A DNA stretch of 64,000 bases from Cenarchaeum sp. (GTDB lineage: Archaea; Thermoproteota; Nitrososphaeria; Nitrososphaerales; Nitrosopumilaceae). This document shows positions 27,001 through 33,000 of this stretch, in pieces. The stretch covers positions 1,088,001-1,152,000 of the forward strand of contig OY843584.1 of NCBI GenBank assembly GCA_963692915.1. Reading direction: 5' to 3'. Each line of letters opens with the position of its first letter. The first letter of the stretch is position 1. Under the pieces are notes generated by a model. It was not told the origin of the DNA, did not search any database, and worked only from the letters and a program-made list of their open reading frames with translations. Position numbers and translations under genes: made by a program.

Positions 27001-30000
27001 GTGGACAGGCCGGCGGCCTGCGTGATGGGCTCCGAGTTGCCCCCCGCGTCAGCCGCCGTGATCGTGAACGTAAAGGCCGCCTCGCCCGAGGAGGACGTCA
27101 CGGGCAGGTCGTAGCGCCACGTCGTGGCCAGGTCGTCGTCATTGTCGTCCATCGCAGTCCCCTCCGCCGCCGTCCGGCCGTTCACCACTATCATCGGCGT
27201 GCCGGCTGCGTCCTCGTCGAGCTTTAGCACGAGGCGGATCGTGTCCCCGTCGCTTGCGTGCAGCGCGCTCTCGCCGGTCTTTAGCGTGCCGGAATCTGGC
27301 GTGCCGTCGTACACCGTAAAGACAAGCGAGCTTGCGGTCGGCGCCCTCGTGTCTGACACCATGCGCGTCGCGCTCGCCGTGGCGGCTGCTGCGATCATAT
27401 TGTCGCTATCGTCCTGTATGCCATCGGGCAGCTCGACTGTGTGGGATACGTTGGGAGCCGAGTTTGACGCCAGCGTCAGCGTGACTGTCGAGGTGACGTC
27501 CTGCTCGGCATAATCGGCCGTGCCTGTGAGGCCCACAGCCGAGCTGCCGGAGGTCATGGGGTACGACGAGGTCGTAGAGGGCACCGTGCCGTCCTTTAGG
27601 TGCTCGCGGAACGTGATGACAAACGTGTTGGGCGCGCTAAACGCCGAGGAGAGAACCTCGGGGTCGCGCACCTCTACGCGCACGCGATAGCCCCCGTCAT
27701 CGATCAGGACTCCTGCCGTGTCTCCGGAACGGGTGCGGGGAATAGACGAGTCTTCAGTCAGGTCCTCGTGCGTGAACATTGACTCGTTGCCGACGGCGTC
27801 GCGCACGGTGAGCATGAACGTGATGTTGCCCTCCGGTGAGGAGGCCGTGACGGCGTGCGAATAGTTGTATATCCGCGTGGTTTCGCCGGATTGTCCTGCG
27901 CCCAAGGCAGTCGCAGACGAGGGCGTGCCGGGGAAGAACGTGATGTCAGCGGAGGCCGCAGAGGGAGTGTAGGTTTGTGAGGCAGGATTGCCGGAACCTA
28001 TCGGTATGGCTGAGCCGCCGACATAGAGGGTCTCGCTGGGCTTTATGAGCACCCATGCCACATGGCCAGCGCTGGCAGGATTCGAGCTGTAAGTGGGAGC
28101 AGACCCAGGGTTGGGTACAGCCCTGAGCATAAAGAGCGAGCCGGTGTCGGCCAGCTCGGGGGCCGCATTGTCAGTAAAGGTGGCGCTAGTCGCCGTTGGT
28201 GCCAGCGCGTTGGACGAGGCGTCAACTATCGACCCTGTGCCCGTGTGGGCGAGGACTGCGCCGGTGGCGACTGCAGTCGAGGGCAGCCTGTTCGTGGCGT
28301 CCCTCGTGAGCGTGACTGTGGTGCCCGAGACCGTGCCAGAGTCAAAGGTGATGCCGGTGCTGATATTCCACTCCGAGCCAGTAATCGTGCCGGTCACGGT
28401 CTCGGACATTGTCGCCGTCACCTGCGTCGAGGAGTCAAGCGTCGCCGATAGTATCGTGGGCGCTATCCTGTCAAGGGCCGTGATGTGGGGTGCGATCGTC
28501 GACTCGAGGGCGACGTCGGCTGTGCTGTCAAGCGAGTTGGGGTCCTGTCCCGCAGTGGGCCTCGTGTACGTCACGACAGGTGTCGCGTCGACGGCCTGTG
28601 CGCTGGCCAGCGTGAGCGTGAGCGTCATGGTTGCCGTACCTATCGTGAGCGTCGAGCCGGCGTCTACTGGCGAGCCGCCTGCGTCCACCGAGGCCGGCGC
28701 CACGTTGTCGACTCTCCACTCGTTGGCGTCCGTCTCGCCGTCGAGCGTCCCCGAGAACGTGACGGTGACTGTCGTCGGCGCATCAAGCGTCGCGCCCATT
28801 ATCGTCGGCGGCGCATTGTACGTCGCCGTCGTCGACGCAGAGGCGCCGATATTGTTGGCCATCGGCGTGGCTCTGTCCTTGATCGCATTAGCCGCGTTGA
28901 TCGTGTACGTCAGGCCGGCCTGCGCGGCGTCCTCGAGCTCTATCGTGTACTCCGAGTCGGCCGTGCGCGAGGCCGACTCTAGGTCGAGGGATGTGACACC
29001 GCGCGTCACCGACCAGCCGTCGTCTCCCTCAATGTCAGTCACGTTAGTCACGTCCTCGCTGAACGTCACGGTGATCGTGTCAGCATCGACAAACAGGGCC
29101 GACTCGATCGTCGGGGCTATCCCGTCAGCGGCCACGATGCCGCCTGCCGGCGTCGAGAGCAGCGGGAGATCGGCGGCGTTCGCTAGCGAGTTGGCGCCCG
29201 CTCCCGTGGGCCTCGTGTACATCACGACTGGCATCGCGTCGTCATCTTGCTCGTCCTTGTCTGCCAGCGTGAGCGTGATCGAGCGCACCGCCGCAGTTAT
29301 CGTGATCGAGCCGGGACCAGTCGTCGTCTGCAAGCCAGCCGTGACGGAGTCGGGCTCATCACCGTCGACGCTCCACTCGCCGCGCGCAGTCTTGCCGTCA
29401 AGCGTATCTGAAAAGCTCACCGTGACTGACGTCGGGGAGGTGAGCCTGACAGAGGATATCGTGGGCGCCGAGCTAATGACAGCCAGCGTGCCATCGCTCA
29501 CGGCATTGCCCTGCGCGTCGGCGATCGAGAGCTCCCTGTTCACATCAACGGCGTCAAACTCTATGCTGATGGGCGTGTCTGCCTTGAAATCGTCATACCC
29601 GTGATTGCCGGTGGCCCGCGGGCTCAGCGTGACTGTGTCAGCCGTGACAAGGTCGATCGCATACCCCGCGCTCAGCGCAGGAACCCTGATGGTCGCATCC
29701 AAGTTGTTCAGGCCGACGAACTGCCAGTCCTCGTGTGTGGGCAGCGTCTTGGTTGCGACAAGCTCTGCCCCCTCGGTGAACGTTATCGTGTGCTCAAGGT
29801 CGGCTCCCGTGCCGGTCCGCACGGCGATATAGTCCGGAGGCGCCCCGTCAGTCGCAGTAGCAGTCGCCGCGCTCACGGTGCGGCCAGTCGCAGGCGAGAG
29901 GCCGCCCGCAGTGGCAGCATACGTAATGGTTGGCAGCGAGGCCGTAGAGATGGGCTCGTGGAGGAGCGTTATCTTGTCAGAGGTGATCGACACGGCAGCC

Positions 30001-33000
30001 GCGCCGGCCGTGACCGCATCGACCTCACCGGCGGCGATTCCAGTGGCCGGACCGGCCGGCTCGCCATCAAGGCTGCCGTCAACGGTCCACTCTGACGGCG
30101 CACTAGAGCCGGTCACAGCAGAGGTGAACGTGATGACGGTGAGAGTCGAGGAGCTCGTCACCGCAGATATCGTCGGCGTCGCCGGTATGCTAATCGTGCC
30201 GGCAGTCACGTTCGTCTCATCAGCGGTGACATCGACACTGGGTGCTGCGCCGTCGCGCGCGACAATGTCAAACTCGACCGTTCCTGACGCGTCATCAACT
30301 CCGACGGTGTGCGTGTGCGTCCAGACGGTCCGGTGGGCAGAGCCCGCGGCGGCGACCATATCGACTGTGGAGCCGAGTATCGTTATCATGGGTTCAGAGG
30401 CCGCCGAGGCCGGCTCGTTGAGGCTCGCCGTTATGACAATGTCCTCGCCCACATTGGCCACGCGCGCAGACTGGCCCATCTTTGCAGTCTTTGGCGTGCT
30501 ATCATTATCATCCTCATCGACAAAGACGCCGGCCGTGGCCGTTATGGTCAGCGCAGTGGTGTCAACAAAGTCCGCAACCCCGACTGCGCTAGTCAGGACG
30601 CGCAGCGCGCCGGCGTCTGACGAGAGGCCTGACGTGCGTGGCGTGCCGTCCGCGCCTAGATAGCGCACGACGGGCGTCGCGTCTGCCGGAAGGGCAGAGG
30701 CCGCCCCAAGGGTGATCGCAAGCGAGGCCCCGCCGGCTGCAAGCGTCGCGCCCGAGGGCACTATGTGGCTCGCCGTGTCACCAAGCCCGCCGGGGAACGT
30801 CGAGGGCGTGAGGTCGAGTATCCATTGGCCAGGCGTGGTCGTGCCTGACATCGAGTCAGAGAACGTCACGGTTATGGCCGTAGGCGAGGTGAGCGTCGCG
30901 CCAAACGTCGGTATCGCGCCGGTCATCACGTCATAGTCGCCGCCAAGCAGCAGAACATTGTCAGACGGGTCAGGATCAGAGGCGACGTACGTTCTAACCG
31001 TGGAGGGTATCGTGATCGTCTGCGAGGACGGCGTGCTCGCATCGGCCCGCAGCGCGACTGTGAGCGTCGAGCCGTCAGTAGCGGCCGCTATCACGTCGGC
31101 CCTGTACGACTCGCCGTCAGCAGTAACCACTGCAAGGTCGCCAAACGGCGGCGTAGTCGACGGCCTGTTTGGAAGTGTTGTCGGGTCTGGGGTGCTGCCC
31201 GCAAAGGCGAGGCTCACCTCAGACGCCCCGCGGCCGGCGACCTCGCCGACAGTCACCGTGACTGTCGGCGTGAGCGAGGCCGAGCCCGGACCGGCCACGC
31301 CGTTGGCGTCAGTTATGCCCGCAATGGTCACGGCGTGTGACACGTCGCGCGCGGCCGCACTGGGCAACGTAATGAGAATCGTGTCTGGTGCGACAAACTC
31401 GGCCGGAAGGTTCACAGAGGCTGCCGTGCCGATCGTGACGCCGAGTGCGGACGGAACCGTCTCGTCAGCGAGAGCCTCGCTGTACTCTAGGCGCAGCGTG
31501 TCCTGTGAGGCCAGCGTGAGTGTCACAGTCGGCGCAGTCGTGTCACGTACTACTGGTGCCGTAATGTCATCGGTGGTCCCGTTAGAGTGCGCGTCTGCAA
31601 TCGCGGGCATAGCGGTCGTGGAGGCAAGGGTGAGCGTGTACATGGTTCCCTCGGCGGCATTACTGATGCCTGGAGGCTGATAGTTTAGGATCAGTGTGTC
31701 CGCAGGAACGGGATCGCCCCTAAAGGTGCCGCCGGGAACCCCGGCGATTGAGAAAGTCGGAACCGGCGCGTTGACGCTTGAGATTCCGTGAGACAGGCTT
31801 CCGGTATTCACGTTGATAGGCTCGCTAAAGAGGATGCTCAGAACAACGCCAGCAGAGTCAAACGTCGCGCGAACGAGCGTCGGATCCAGGCCGTCAGCGG
31901 CAGTGACGGGCGAGTCGCCAGTAACTTCGAGGTCGTTGTCGTTCACGTCAGCCAGGCTCGTTGCGGCATCAGTTATCTCATACGCCACAGACGGCCTCGC
32001 GGCAGTAGAGTCAAGCTCGGCATGGACCAAAAAGAGCGTCCGCGCGTTCGTTAAGGTCTGCGTCGCGGCACCATCAGAGTCCACGGCAGTCGCGACGCCC
32101 GTGACGGCCACGCCGGCGACTGTCCAGTCAGCCACGCGGGCAGTCCCCGTGACAAGCTCGCTGAACGTGATCTCGGTCCGGTCCAGCCTCGCCGTCTCGG
32201 CAGTAAATGTCGGCATCATGGTATCAATCACCACTGCAGATGACGTGTCGGCCACGGCGTTGTCGGCCATATCGACGATAGAGTTGGCCCTGGCAGACTC
32301 GCCATCACTAGGCACGTCGAGCGTGAGCGTGATCGCCTTGGACTGGTCAAAGGCCGGATAACCGCTAGTCGCGTCATTGCTGGCCACGACGGCAAGCGTG
32401 CCGGCCGTGGCAAACGCCGTGTTGACCACCGACGTAGCCGAGACCGTAATGTCCGCATCAGCGGCGTTCTTGCCGGTGAACTTCCAGTCAGCTATCGTCG
32501 GCAGCGTCTTGCCGGTGGCCATCGAGACGGGCTCAGAGAAGGTCACCGTGACGGTGTGTACGCCGCCCACTATGGAGATCGAGGCGCCAAACGTGGGCGA
32601 GACGCCATCAGAGGCCACGACAGAGTCTTGCCCCACGGCCAGGTCATCAGCGTCGGCCAGCGCGCCAGTCTCGCTGCCGGAGGCCACAGTATACTTGACA
32701 GTCGGCACAGAGGCCGTCGAGGAGAGTGCTGCGTGCGTGATGGTAAAGGACAAGGCGCGAGCTGACTCGGGTATGGTATAGTCGGTGCCGACGATTGCCG
32801 CATTTGAATCATCAACGCGCAGCACGGTTACGACCCTAGACCTGTCGCCCTCGCCCGCGCTGTCAGTCACCGCCCACTCGCCGACTGCAAGGCGGCCGTC
32901 AACTGTTACATCGGCACCAGAGGGGCTCTTTAGCGTCACGACTGTAGTCGTCAGGCTCGCAGTCGCAGCCTCAAAGGTCACTGTCGGAACGCGCTCCACG

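Larger units (their letters stand above)
7200..27340. repeat. Three-copy ~750-bp module (about 7200-7960, 18140-18890, 26650-27340)
   Basis: tacgtcgcgctcgccgtggcgcccgtggcaaacgcgttgccggcgaggtcggccagg is identical at 7222 and 18151; the third copy is more diverged. Confidence 0.85.
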
